Assembly: GCA_016748015.1 (NCBI GenBank) | Contig: JAAOMT010000752.1 | Location: 8,976 to 72,975 of the forward strand | Length of the DNA: 64,000 nucleotides | DNA from: Geosiphon pyriformis uo1 | Taxonomy: Eukaryota; Fungi; Glomeromycota | Direction of reading: 5' to 3' | Shown: piece after piece, positions 28,011 through 41,799 of the stretch | How the letters are laid out: each line of letters opens with the position of its first letter | Position numbering within the stretch: the stretch's first letter is position 1 | The notes under the pieces: generated by a model | Databases searched by the model: none | What the model saw: only the letters and a program-made list of their open reading frames with translations | What the model was told of the DNA's origin: nothing | Program-made: the position numbers and the translations under genes

Positions 28011-31000
28011 CCTGACTGGCCCGAGTGGCTGGTCATGTGTAGAAAGTGCATGATTCGCACCTAATTTAGATTATTTGTATGATGTATAGTACTAGATCGC
28101 GTTTGGACCTCACTCGTTAAATAAATAAATAAAAAAAAATAATTAAATTCCAAAAAAACTTCTTGTGTTTTTTTTATATGGATAATAATTTTGCAAATTA
28201 TTTACTACTGGCATTGTAGTTTCCTTTTAAGTGTAATTAATTTGACTTTTATTGATTATTATAAATAAATTAAGGAGTGTTTTTAATGTTATTATTAATT
28301 TTTAAGACATTTTTAAATGTTTTAGAAAATAATCATGATAAAAGTAATTAAATTGAGACTAAATTTGAAAAAGATTTGAAAATAAAGAAATATTTTTGAG
28401 TATAGAGTTTTTATATTTTTTTGGTTTTGGATTTTTCTTGTAATTATTTATTATTTTGTTTTTATGTTTATATATTATTAAAAATATTATGATAATACTA
28501 AATTAAATATTCAAATTTGGTTGTTGATTTATTATAACTATTGGTTCTAAATGTTGGAAAATATCTTCAAAATTAATTAAAAAAAAATATATACCAATTT
28601 GTGAAATTAATGATTTAAAATTGTTTCAATTAATCTCTATATACAGCTTTGATTAATACTTTGTTATTAAATTTTAACTTATATGATTTATTGCCTAAGA
28701 TTTTATGAATATAAAATGATCTATCTTATTTATGTTCAAATTTTTCATTTCATTGTTTTTTAGTCTTAGTTTTGTGTAAATAAACTTTGTTTTTAACTTT
28801 AAATTTGTTGGTAACTGATAATAATTTGTTGTTATGCCATTCTTTTTGTGAATTTGAGAATGTTCAATATAAGTGGCTGTTATTCATCATTTTTTTTCCA
28901 AAATACTTAAAAAAAGATGTAAACTTTTTATTAAAGTGTTTTTTAAAAGTTTTTTTTATTAATTAGTTGTATAAAATATGTTTCTATAGTGAAATTGATC
29001 AGTAATATTGCTGTTTTTTTATAGGTTAGATCAAAGAGTATGTGTTTTATGATATCTTGTTTTAGTGTTCTGTATGCTAGTAACATTAATAAAATAAAGA
29101 TATTCTATTTTTGCTCAAAATTAGTTGAAACTTTGACTAATAATTTACATAATATTTAGTTAAAACATTCCACTAATCTGTTTATTTATAAATAATATAA
29201 TAATAATAGAGATCATTTAATGTTAATTTATTTACAAATTTTTTGTATCAAGTTGTTTATAAAGTAGGTTTTTTAATCAAATAAGAGTTTAATTAAGCAT
29301 CTATGTCTACAAATAATATTTTTGTAGATAAAATTTGTTACTAATTTTGTGTCTGCTCTTTAGATAACTCTGGCTTTGAGCCATTTGATAAGGTAGTTTA
29401 TTGTAACTGCAATATAATGGTTTTCTTGGGTTGTGATAAGTAGTGGACTGACTAAATTGATACCAATTCTGTTAAAAAATTGTTTAATTTTAATTGAATT
29501 TAAAGATTTAGTGGGGCAATTTTTTCTTCTTCTTTGATAATTATTACATAATTCTATATATTGTCGAATGTCTTAATGCATGTGTGACCAAAAATAATAT
29601 TTAAGTGTTTTTTAGATTGTATTATTTCTTCCTAAGTATATTGATAAAGAGTCTGTATACATATTATATAAAATAGTTTTTTTATTTTGTTGAATTAATC
29701 TGAATAAATTTGTTGAATTTTTGTGATTTTGTAATAAATTTTGTTGTAATAGATAAAATATTGTTTTGTTTGGTTTTGTAATTAGTGTTTTTTAACTAAA
29801 AACCAATTTTCTAGTATGTTGAGAATTTTTTGGTATGTTAAGAGTTTTCAGATAGTTTTTAATATTGTTATAGTTTTTGGAATTCATTATTTTGTTATTA
29901 ATTTATTTGTTGATTTGTTGAGTTGTTGGTATGAGTTTTGTTTTATTCTGAAAAGATTATTAACATTTATGTATAATTTTCTTGGTTTATAGTGCACAAT
30001 ATATTTGTAATTGGTTAAAAAATCAGTCTATTTGAATTGCTTTGCACTAAGTTTAAAACTTTTTTATTGAGCCATTTGAGATTAATATTATTTGTGATAA
30101 TATCAAATTAAAGTTTATTTCAGAAATATTGTTGAAAGTATTTAAAAGTTCAGATAATAGTTGCTGTTTCTAATTTGGTTGAGCCATACTTGAGTTTTGT
30201 TGACTTAAATGTTCTATTGATATAAGCAATTACTTGCTTATTGCTATTATTATTCAATTGTAATAGAATAGCACCAAATGTTGTATATAAAGCATTAATG
30301 GCTAACTAAAATCTTTTACTGAAATCTGAATAGGTGAGAATTAGAACTGTTGTTAATTTTTCTTTTAGAGTATCAAATACTTGTTGTTGTGCTAAAGTTC
30401 ATTGATATTTTATATTCTTGTTGGTTAAGTGGTTGAGTAATTTGGCTATTTTAGAAATCTTTTAATGAATTTTTAGTAATAAAAGACTAATTTAGTAAAT
30501 CTTCTTAATTTTGTAATATTTTAAAAAATTTGAAAGTTTTTAATAACACTAATTATTCTTGGGTTGGGTTGGACTCTGTTTTTGCTAACAATGTGTTCAA
30601 GGAAAATTAAACTTTTTTTTTTGAAGTGCCATTTTTTAATGTTTAATTTTAATTCTGCTTTTTATAATCATTGAAAAACTTCTCACAAATAGATTAAATA
30701 GGCTTCAAAAATTGAAAAGTAAACATTAATATTATCAAGATAAATGATTACTAATTATTATAAGAATTCTTTATAGACAACATTTATAAGTTTTTGGAAT
30801 GTTGCTGGTGCATTGCAAAGTCCAAAAAATATTACATTAAATTTGTAGTTTTTTTTTTGAGTAATAAAAGCTGTTTTAAAGTGGTTTTTAAAATTTATTT
30901 TAACTTGCTATATCTACTTTTCAAGTCTAAAGTTAAAAAAAACTTGGCTTTTCTCGGAACATCTAGCATGTTATCAATTTTTGAAAAAAAGTATATATCT

Positions 31001-31738
31001 TTAATTGTTATACTGTTAAATTGACAATAATCTACACAGAATTTAATTTTGTCATTTTTTTTTACCAAAACTACTGGTAAAATCCAAGAACTTTTTGATG
31101 GCTGAATGAGATTATTATTAAGCATTATTGAACTTTTTTTCTAATGAACTGGTAGCTAGAAAATAAAACTTTGTATATTTGCTAGCATTTTGATAGAACA
31201 TTTTTTGTGTAAATTTAATGTTAAAAATATTAGTTTTTCTAGATCATTGTTATCTTTGGCAAATATATTGATGTATTTGGTAATTAACTGCTTCAATTTT
31301 CTTTGTTGTTGGAGTTTTAAGAGATTCATGTTGATTTGAAAAAGTTTTTTCTTAATAACATAATAGTTTTAATACTTAAAAGAATATTTGGGTTTAGAAT
31401 TAATGTATGTCTTACAATTTTGATAAAATTAGAAACAATTTGAAGAGTTTTATTCTAAAAAATATTACTATATATGATTTTAATTTTTAATCTATTTAGT
31501 AAAACAATGGAGTGGTTGTTGGAATTGTAAAATATAACTCAGAATTTTTTTATTTTTTTTGAAATATAAACATTAGAGATCAAAATTTCATGCTTTAAAC
31601 AAATTTGTTTGTTTGACTCAAAAATTTGTTAAATAATAATAAGTTTTGAGCAAATGTAAATTTTATGATATTTTTCAAAAGATGAAATAATGATTAGTTG
31701 TAAAAGTCAAAAAATCTGGTAAGATTTGTTCTGTATAT

Positions 31739-32751
31739 TGTTATCCAAATAGAAAGACCAATCCAAAGTTATAAAGAAACATGACCAAAATGTGACATAA
31801 CACAGAATAGTGTACAATAATATTGGATAACACATTATAATTTAGGATAATGCAAAATAACACATTATAACATAAGATAACACAGAATAACATATAATAA
31901 TACCAGATAACATATTATAACATAGGATAACTAGTAATAACATAGAAAAACAAAGCAATCACAGAAATAGCAAAGCAATAGTTAGTAATAATAGAACAGT
32001 CAGAAAGCAATCTTGTAAAACCAAAAAAATATATAAAAATGAGTAGTTAAAGAAAGTAGAAAGAAAAACAGACAGCTAGATACGAACCATTAAACAAAAA
32101 TCAAATATCCTTACCTCTTCTATCATTTATTCTATTCCACTTTTATCTTCTAAAATAAATCAATTATTGAGAAATCAGAATTATAAATTCATGTTCTTGA
32201 ACTTTGTAGATTTTATATAAATTAATCATTGTTTCATACTTTCATTTCAGAACAGATGCTCTTAACATAACTGTTTCAAACCATTAAACAATTTAGACCA
32301 ATCACTCTTGATCATAACAATTGACAATACTAATTTTTTTTTTTTATTTCATTTTCTATTCTTTTGTGGAGTAACAACATAGTAAAATTGACTGTCTGAA
32401 AATAAACTTTGTAATAGCCTGGTAAAAGAGAGAAGCTCTTCTTAAGTTTTGAATATTAATATTATCTTGGTAGCTTATCAAAAGAGTAAAAAGACAATAT
32501 TAGACCCTAATGACTGCACTTATTAACTTGAAGAAGATAGCTCACATTAATAAGAAGTTGTAATTAGTAAAAACCAAATCTCTGTGTCTTATAACCAAAG
32601 AACTCAACAGATAAATTCACAACCAGTAAATAAGACTCTTAGAGACTGATAATCAAAACTAAATCAATAGAATTATGCAAAACACATATTAACAATAATT
32701 GAGAGCACCAAACATTATTATTTCTCTACCCCATCAAGTTTACCCATAATA
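31739..32751 (+). repeat. 5' LTR of C
   Basis: tgttatcc...cccataata; a reverse-complement homolog of the A LTRs. Confidence 0.88.
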
Positions 32752-32753
32752 TT

Positions 32754-32770
32754 TGGTGCTCCCTGTGAGG
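32754..32770 (+). promoter_or_regulatory. Primer-binding site of C (tRNA 3'-end complement, possibly elongator tRNA-Met)
   Basis: TGGTGCTCCCTGTGAGG, 2 nt after the LTR. The same PBS is seen in A, B, G and, decayed, in I. The tRNA identity is inferred from resemblance only. Confidence 0.8.
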
Positions 32771-32799
32771 TTATAAATCCACAGAGACAGAGCACTCTA

Positions 32800-35700
32800 A
32801 AAATTCACAAAAGTGACAACTATTGAAACAGTAAAAAAGAACCACTTCTCATATAAAAGAGCATTATTTTAATACTTTTGACAAGACCTAGAAATATCAG
32901 CAGAAACTACTTATACAGAAAGTAATTTTTGTAACTATATTAATGTTAAAATTGACTGTTTGTTAGACCACACAACTGGTACAGAAAGACTTGAAAAACA
33001 AATCCCATTAAAGCTTATTAAGATACTTAACAATTACAACTATTCAAGCAATTACTAAAACTCTACACATAATCAATACAGACATTAAACATTACATAAC
33101 AAAATGATTCTATTAAGTACCACAACCAGTGGAATCTGATCTTGAGAAATATAAAGATAGATCCAACAAATTTGCAACTACTCAAGCCAAGTCCATGATC
33201 AACAAGAAACCAAAGTTTTTTTTTCCAACAACTCTATCATACTATCAGACATCAGAGAGTAGAATTTTCTTTAATTCAAGCACAAAAATCCAGTCAAACA
33301 CATTATAAACTTCTGTAAATCAGCACTTATGAAGACACAACAGTTGGACCAGATCTTTAGGAAAATATGGATTATTGTTCAGAAATCTAACTCTTACAAC
33401 TAGTAAAACAAGAGAAAACACATTAACTTGAGAACCACTAAAAGCACAAACCCTAATAGAATTAGCAACTACATTGATAGAAAAAACATTCATTAAACAA
33501 CCAAGTAATTTCAATAACAAAAATAAACAACCAGCATTAGCACCAAAAAAACACCCTAGCATGCAAACACCAAACTTCTTAGCATCAACCAGTAAGACTC
33601 CACCTATCTACCAGATTATGGCCTACTAAAATATTGCCAAATTAGAGAAATTTTTAGAAAAAGAAAACAATGTATACTTGTAGATTGCAAAAGCTGAAAA
33701 AGCAATTACCACCAATAACTGGAATGATGACAGAGCTATTTAAGCACTGCCATTTTTTTTGACTAAAACTGCAAACTCATGATATCAAAGCCTGACAGAA
33801 AAATCCACCAACTTTACTGTCTTTAAACTTGCTTTTTTATAATATTTTTGCAATTCCAATATTTTTATCAAATTACAGAATTAATTCAGTATAATAAAAC
33901 AAAAAGATTACAAAGTAGTGACTACTTATCTTGGATGATTCAACCAAATTCTTTGTCAAATACTGGCAATTGAAAAAAACTACTATACTACAGTGCAAGT
34001 TCTTAATTAATTTGTCAAAGAACTAAGGAGCAGTCTCTTAAGATTTATAAGACCCCAACATCCGACAAATTTACTAGATGCCATTATCCTTGCTTACAAT
34101 TTTGAGTCAGTAGAACAAGAAGCCAATCACATCCAAGCTGTTAATTTAGCCATTAATGAAACCACAGACATTGTTATAAAGATAATCTAATTAAGTGAGA
34201 AATTAACTCAGAAAATTGAGAGATTCTTAACCAGTACCACAAAAACTTATCAGCCACCCCAATAAAGAAACAATAACAGTAGTAGATACCACCAACAACA
34301 AGAATATTAGCAACACCAACAATTTTGGAGATCCGACCTTTGCAATTGCTATTATTGCCAGAAACCTGAACATATTGCCCAAAATTGCCAACAGAAAATA
34401 ACAGACCAGAATTAAAGAACTCAATACTAACATCCAAGATATCTCTAGGCAATAGGATTCCAATACTCTATGTTCTAGTATTTACTGTCTTATTATGCAC
34501 AACCAATTATGTATACTTAACAACCATCTCAAACCTACTATTAGCCATCACAGCCAATAACTTAAGTAGCACCACAGTATCAAAACTCCATCTATAATCT
34601 ACTTAAACCTCATATAATTGACTACAACCAAGAATAAAGAAACTTCAGCAACAATCAGATGCAGACTAACAGTAAACTATCATTACTTCTCAATAAAGAT
34701 AATACTCCATCTTGACCAGCACCAACCAGATACCCAAATCAAGTCTTATATTTCAGTCTTACTGAAAGCCAGGATTTTTTTAGTTCTATATTATTAGAAA
34801 GAAAGGATATAGAAGAAATGCTCAACCCTTCGAGTCAAAATCAAACCAATAATATTATTTTATCCACCACTATTACTGAAGACACCACTCTTACTGCTAT
34901 CTTCCTTTTTGACATTAACAATCTGAACACCAATAGCCTTTTTAGTAGAGCTGCTATTAATTAAAATAAACCAATAACTGTTTTGTACACTAATGCTAAA
35001 ATTGAAAACATAGACATCAAATTAATTCTCAATAGTAGATCAGCAGGTAGTATAATCATGAAGCAACTCATGAATTAACTAGGTTACCAAGTAGACTGTG
35101 CAACCATTGCACAAATCATAACTACAGACAGAAATACTAAAACTCTAATAGGAGAAATTAATAACTTCCTCTTCAAAATCAATGGAATTCAAATTCTCAC
35201 CAAAGTGCTTATTATAGAGGCCACTTAATATTAAGCCTTTGTAGAAAACAATTGGTTAGCCAAAGCTAATACCATCCTTAACTAAAACATGCAAGAACTA
35301 CAGATTACTTTTAATGAACAGTATGTATAAGTTCCAGCTATATATAAATACTTCAAAGCTCAAAGCCCAGAAAAACCACTGATTAAATTTAAAGACTTAA
35401 TACCACCACTAACAATAAAGGCCTATCAGGTTTCTTGGGCTGACAATTACTGAGCAAAATTACCCCCACCACTAACTTGGAAAGAAAAAAGAAAGAGAAA
35501 AGCAGAAGAAAAACTACAATCAGCACCTACAGACTATCTTGTCTCAAATCAAGAAAATCAATAATATTAAATCCTAAAATTAATTTGTGTTAACTGTGGA
35601 AAAAAGTTATCTTCTATGGGCACATGTATTGAAAATGACAAAGAATGGCCAACTGCCACCAAATATTACTACAAACCTTGTGTATTAAAAAGATTTGGCA

Positions 35701-38700
35701 GACCAAAATAACAAAATAAATAGGACAATACACCATGTCTTGCCTCTGGTGAGATTCTATTAGAGAAAGAATTATAGAACAATATTCTTGGCAAAGGAAG
35801 AACATATGATGAAGCATGTTAATATATCATCTTAATCAATGATTGAATACAAAAAGAAACACCAATTAAGAACACTTGGAAATGAGCACTCAGTAGATTG
35901 GATGGTTACTCACATAATAAACATAAAATATGAAAAATGGCAAGTGCCAAAGCTGAAGATGCCACACTCAATAAAATATGAAAAATCAAAAAAAATTTAT
36001 TTACATCAGAATATAATGGATCCAACTATATCATAAAAAATTTTTTCACAAATGACTCAGATGCATTTCAAGATTAATACCAGGAATTGACCCCAATCTA
36101 AGAAGAGCAAAAACAGTAATTAACTAACTTAAACACAAAACTGTGTGATTATTTTTTGATCTCTTGTCATTTTCAGTACTATAACAAATGTGATACTATG
36201 TTCAATTTGTTTTCAAAGAAACTATACTCAATCACCAAACTATCTGAGTTTGAAGTAAAAGAGAAATTAATCACTAAAGACATGTCATTTCAAGATCCAA
36301 CTAAGGATACTAAAACAAAACAGTATCTTATCTATCTAAATCTTTCCAAAAAATTAGAATTAAAATGGTATAGTGACAATGAGAAAAGAATCTGCTCTGA
36401 AAAAGCACATGATACTGATGCTGGATTTGACCTACAATACTCCAAACAATCACTCATAGTTATAGTCTCACATTTTTTTGTAACAATAGATCTTAAAATA
36501 GCATTAGAAATTCTTGTTAGTACAATAGTATAAGTTGTCTCTTGATCTAATCTAGTCAAGAAAAAAATTAATGTAAAGAGAGAAATCATTAATGCCAGTT
36601 ATACAGAAAACATTATTATAATGTTACAGAACAATTTAGACAAACTCTATAAAATAAAATCACAAAAAAAGATTGCTCAAGTTATCTTCCTACTCCTAAT
36701 CAAACTACTACAATTAATTCCAGTAACAACTCAAAAAAAATTAAATCTTACTGTCTGAGGAATCAATGAGTTCGGATCAAGTAAAAGAGTAAATATACCA
36801 GTCAACTTCACAGAAAAAGACAATAATCAGATAAAACTTATCTATACTAATACAGTCATCTCCATCTCTTTATATCAATAATATATTCTCAAGATGAATT
36901 AAAAAATTCAAGATCAAGCTCTGTTATTTGAAGCTAATCTTGAAATCTGTTTCTTAGCCAATGTTGCTAACTTATACCTACTAGCCAAAGTCCATAAACA
37001 CTTCAAAATTCTCATTCACAACCCCACAAAAAATGTTATTGAAATTCCTAAAAGATTTCTTGTTGGTTCTATTTCACTGGACATTCAACATTCTGAAAAA
37101 TTCCAGTCTATTTCAGATTTCACACAGCTATTCTTATTTTGTGATATTATCTTACAAGTATGAAACTTGCCAAAAAAAAGTTATCTATTCATGTCAGAAA
37201 AAATTAACAAACTACATTTAGAAAACCTGAATACTCTCCAGCAAATACAACTTAAGGTTTTCTTGAATCAATATGTTAATGTCTTTGCCAGTAAAAATGA
37301 GTTCAGATGCACTGACATTGTAAAACATCAGATTGATATAGAAGATGTGTGACTTATTAAACAGTAGACTTACTGAATGCCTCCATTTAATAATAATCTA
37401 ATTAAGCAAGAAGTACAACAAAGCTAAACAATGGCTTGATTAAGGAATTGTTAAGCCCTTGGTTTTTTTCAGTGGTTCTGGTCACCAAGAAAAACAGGAA
37501 GATAAGATTTTGTGTAAACTACCAAAAGCTAAACAGCATCACTTAAAAAAATAGTTATCCTATATCTATTATTCAAGAAATTCTGAACAATTTAGAAAAC
37601 AAAAAATGGTTCTTGTCATTAGATTTAGCCAATGAATATTGGCAGGTTGAAATGAATTCCAAAGACAAAAAAAAAATGGCATTTACCATCCAAGACAGAA
37701 ACTTCAAGTTCAATATAATGCCCTTTGAACTCTGCAATACTCCCATTATCTTCTAGTGTCTTATGAATATTGTGTATAAAGAAATTTTGTGGAAATCAAT
37801 CATAATATACCTAAATAATACCAACATCTTCTTGAAAACATATGATAATTATTTGCTTTATCTTTAGCAAGTCTTTGAATGCCTTTATAGTGCCAGATTA
37901 AAACTCAATCCTAATAAATGCTTCTTTGAAAAGACCAAGTTGAAATTCCTAGAACACATAATTGGAAAAAACAGAGTCAAATCTAATTCAGATAAGGTTC
38001 AAAAAGTTAAAGATTTTCCAGCTTTAATCAATTTCAAAGAATTATGAAGATTTTTAAGATTGACAGAATACTATCAACAATTTGTCAAAGAATTCTTGAC
38101 TATCACAAAACCACTTCACTAGTTGTTGTTTAAACACATACAGTACTTATAAAAAAAAGACCAACAGAAAACATTCGACTATCTCAAATAGCAATTGATT
38201 ACATTCCCAATCCTAATTTACTTAGATTTCACTAAATGGTTCATTGTTACTACAGATGCCTCAAAAAATGCTTTAAGAGCAGTCTTATTACAAATAAAAC
38301 CAGACAATAGAGAACATCTAATTGTTTATGCCAGTTGCAGCACTAGCCCAGCAGAAAAAAATTACAGCACAATAAATCTGGAATGTCTTGTTATTTATTG
38401 GACTGTATAAACATGGAGACATTATCTTAGCTTGTTCTTTGATCTATATACTAATTATAAAAAACTTGTTTGATTACTCAACAATTCACAATTAGAGAAA
38501 AAATATGCAAGATGGAATACTTATTTGTAACAATTTCTACTCAAAGTTTATTACAAGAAAAGATCCAAAAACACCAATGTCAACAGTTTGTTAAGGATGC
38601 CACAAACCTAATTCCAAACTCATGAACACAACCAATTATTACTGACTATATTAGTATCTATTGACACTATATTTCAAGAAGATATTATTTCAACAGGAAC

Positions 38701-39260
38701 AGAGTACCATATGAAAATAAGCCCAAAATTATTTTATTTAAGACAACCAACTATATCAATGAAAACACTGAAACTGTTTTACCACACAAAAAGTTATCAA
38801 AAACAATAAAAAAGAAACTATATTACACAGTATACATTCTGATCTAACCACAGAACACTTTAACAAAAATGCTACTCTTAAAAAACTCTAAATTTATACT
38901 ATTGGCCAACAATATACAAAGATATTTTCGAATACATACTCAATTATAACTTATGTCAATAAAGAGGAGGAGCCAGAACAATAGAACTATTTTGATCCAT
39001 TCCAGTTGGAAATCTATTTGATAGAATTGGGATCAATTTGGTTGGTTCTCTCTCTATAACATCCAAAAGAAATTGTTATATTGCTGTAGTCATAGACTAC
39101 TTGACAAAATGGCCAGAAGCCAGAGTCATTCAAGTAACAAATGCTAAAACAGTAGTTGAGTTTGTACACCAAGATTTGATTTGCATACATAAATGTCTGA
39201 AAGAACTGCTATTCAATTAAGGAATACATTTTGTCAATAATACATTAACTGAATTAAGAC
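32800..39260 (+). pseudogene. gag-pol of C (gag, protease, Cys-rich, dUTPase ~36400-36790, RT, RNase H, truncated integrase)
   Basis: Colinear with A: DAGFDLQY, TDASKNALRAVL, VIDYLTKWPEA. Many stops. Confidence 0.85.
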
Positions 39261-39663
39261 TAGACAACACCCAGAAATAGAAAGAAAAACTTTTGCCAGC
39301 ATATTGGTTCTACAAAATTGGTAAACAACTAGATTTGAAGACACCATATGAAGATCTTAGCCAGAAAACTTTTAACAAAGAAGCAATACAACAAGTAGAA
39401 AAATTCATAGAGAAAAACAATCTAACTTTATATTACAAAGCAGTATACTGACTATATACTGCTTTCCAATATTGTCCAAACATATTGTTGTATGGATCTA
39501 TAAAGACAATAACAGTTAACAATATAGGACAAATAACCAATCAACAGTTCGAAAACCTACAAAGAACAATACTTAACACAATCATTAAACACTACACAAA
39601 TGAAGCCATAATAACAGATACATACAATTTTGCAAGAGCTTAATTCTAAAAAGAGAGAGATAA

Positions 39664-40212
39664 TGTTATCTGAGTAGAAAAACTGATCCAAAATTATAAA
39701 AAAATGTAACCAAAATATGATATAATACAGAATAGTGTACAATAATATTGGATAATATATTATAATGTAAGATAATACAGAATAATATATAATAACACTA
39801 GATAACATATTATAATATAGGATAACTAGTAATAACATAGAAGAACAAAGCAATCACAGAAATAGCAAAACAATAGTTAGCAATAACAAAACAGTCAGAA
39901 AGCAATCCTGTAAAACCAAAAAAATATATAAAAATGAGTAGTTAAAAAAAGTAGAAAGAAGAACAGACAGCTAGATACAAACTACTAAACAAGAATTAAA
40001 TATTCTTACCTTTTTTATTATTTATTCTATTCTATTTTCATCTTCTAAAATAAATTAATTATTGAGAAATCAGAATCATGAATTCATGTTCTCAAATTTT
40101 GTGGACTTTATGTAAATTAATCATTGTTTCATACCTTCATTCCAGAACAAATGCTCTTAGCATAACCATCTTAAACCATTAAACAATTTAGACCAATTGT
40201 TCTTGATTATGG
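39664..40212 (+). repeat. 3' LTR of C, first part (continues at 60604-61062)
   Basis: Starts tgttatctgag after PPT aaaaagagagagataa; interrupted by B with TSD ATGG/ACGG. Confidence 0.88.
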
Positions 40213-41096
40213 TGTTACAGGTGATTATTTCTGCTGTTAAATTAAATAACAAACCCATAACTTGGTGCTCAAAAGCTACTTCCATTGATAATGTTTTGTA
40301 AGTGTTGTATCTGAAGATTTTGATGGAGTCTTTTGTATAATGGACAGAGATTCAATAGTGTCAATAGTAGATGTATCTTTTCAAAAGTTTTCCCAATTTT
40401 TTTCTCAGTGTGGTGGCTGGATTTAGTCTGGCAGTTGTGCCCTTCTGGTAAGCTATCTGATAATATATAAAATTCTATTCTTATTTTTGGGTCCTTTACC
40501 AGGCTATCCTTGACATTAATAACTCAGTGCTTACTCTTTTAATCAATTAGTATACAATAACAAAATCAAAAAAGAAAGAAAATAAAATAAAGAAATAAAA
40601 TAAAGAAAATAAAATAAAGAAAGTAGAGAAAATAAGCCAAGGCAATTTGGTACGTTAATATCTCGTCAATAGCCATAATCAAGAGCTATTGTTCCAGTAT
40701 AGTTAAGTATCAATTACTATCAACACTTCATGTTGATAGTAGAGAGTGAGTTGAGATATAAAATAATTATTTATTTGATGATTTGGTTTCTAGGCTAAGG
40801 ATTTTGTGGTATCGATTCTGTCTTTTCTGTTTCTAATACTACTGCTATATATACATAATTGAGATTCTTCATTTTCTCGATTCTTCACAACAGAAATCCT
40901 GGAATTCCTGGAATTCTGTGATTCCTATGAAAGGAATTCTGGAATTCTGGAATCCTGCAATTTCTCATCGGGGAATCCTGAAATTCCTGGAATCCTGCAA
41001 TTCCTGAGAGGAATCCTGGAATTCCACATTTACTATGCCTACTTCTGATTGGCTAATAATTATACTAATATATTTCCTATATTTCTATGAGTAACA
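40213..41096 (-). repeat. 3' LTR of B, with CCAAT box, GGAAT(T)CC repeat array and TATA in U3
   Basis: On minus: ccaatcagaag (~41042-41052), repeat array 40860-41026, tatatatagcag (~40842-40853). Confidence 0.9.
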
Positions 41097-41115
41097 TTAT
41101 TCCCTCCTTTTAATA

Positions 41116-41769
41116 TTAAGCTCCATTGAAATCCAACTCGTTTAATTCCCTCTCTTGAAGTATTTCCTGGATTTCATTTTCGAGAATTACTTGTGTTATT
41201 TGGGCCTGTAATTCTTCAAATTGAGCATTGGTGATCTTTCCCAATTGATTACTGGTAACCATATCCATTGTTTTGTTGAGTAATATTTCTGGTCTATTCT
41301 GAAATGCTGTGTGTATTTGGTATATGGCTCGGGTCTGTGTGAATAAGTTGTTTCTTCTCACAAAATATTCTAATTGTTGTAGTATTCTTTTGTCGAATAA
41401 TTGTTTTGTTTTATCCGTATATAGATTCTGGATATTTATGTGTTGTCCCAAATAAAAATAATAATAGTTTCATGAAAATTGTTGTATCCACCAATTCCAA
41501 GTTTTTTTAGTCAACTCTTGATATAGTGACTCTTTTGTCAACTCTTTTATTACTAATTTTACTTTCGCAATGATTTTGTCCACCATATTTTCAGTTTTTT
41601 TCTGTGTTCTGGGTTGCAATGTCTTTCTAGTATTTTGATATCGAATGGTTTGTTGATTGATTGTAATCTCCATTTCCTGGTGTTGGATTAATTGAAAGAG
41701 TTGTTGTGCTAGTGAGTGAATGTTGTCTGTAATTTCTATTTTTCTGATATTTCCTGTCACGTCTACCAT
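41116..41769 (-). pseudogene. Extra 3' ORF (ORF3) of B, unknown helical protein
   Basis: ORFs 41470-41769 and 41116-41451 are in one frame with a single TGA between them. Homologous to 47433-48167; ends LDFNGA at the PPT. Confidence 0.8.
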
Positions 41770-41799
41770 GTTTTTATATATTCTTGTTATGGATCAATT

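Larger units (their letters stand above)
21231..28139 (+). mobile_element. Full-length non-LTR retrotransposon (LINE) with RNase H
   Basis: 10-bp TSD TAATTAAATT (21221-21230 / 28140-28149), a (TAAA)n-polyA tail at ~28118-28139, two ORFs, and higher GC than the flanks. Confidence 0.95.

Noticed and set aside
24305-28060. Many antisense and alternative-frame ORFs over the LINE
   Set aside because: They are by-products of ORF2 codon bias and show no independent motifs.
32754-32770. tRNA gene
   Set aside because: Only a 17-nt complement to a tRNA 3' end (the PBS); there is no cloverleaf.
41116-41769. ORF3 as an env gene
   Set aside because: No signal peptide, furin site or transmembrane helix is evident; only the position matches.
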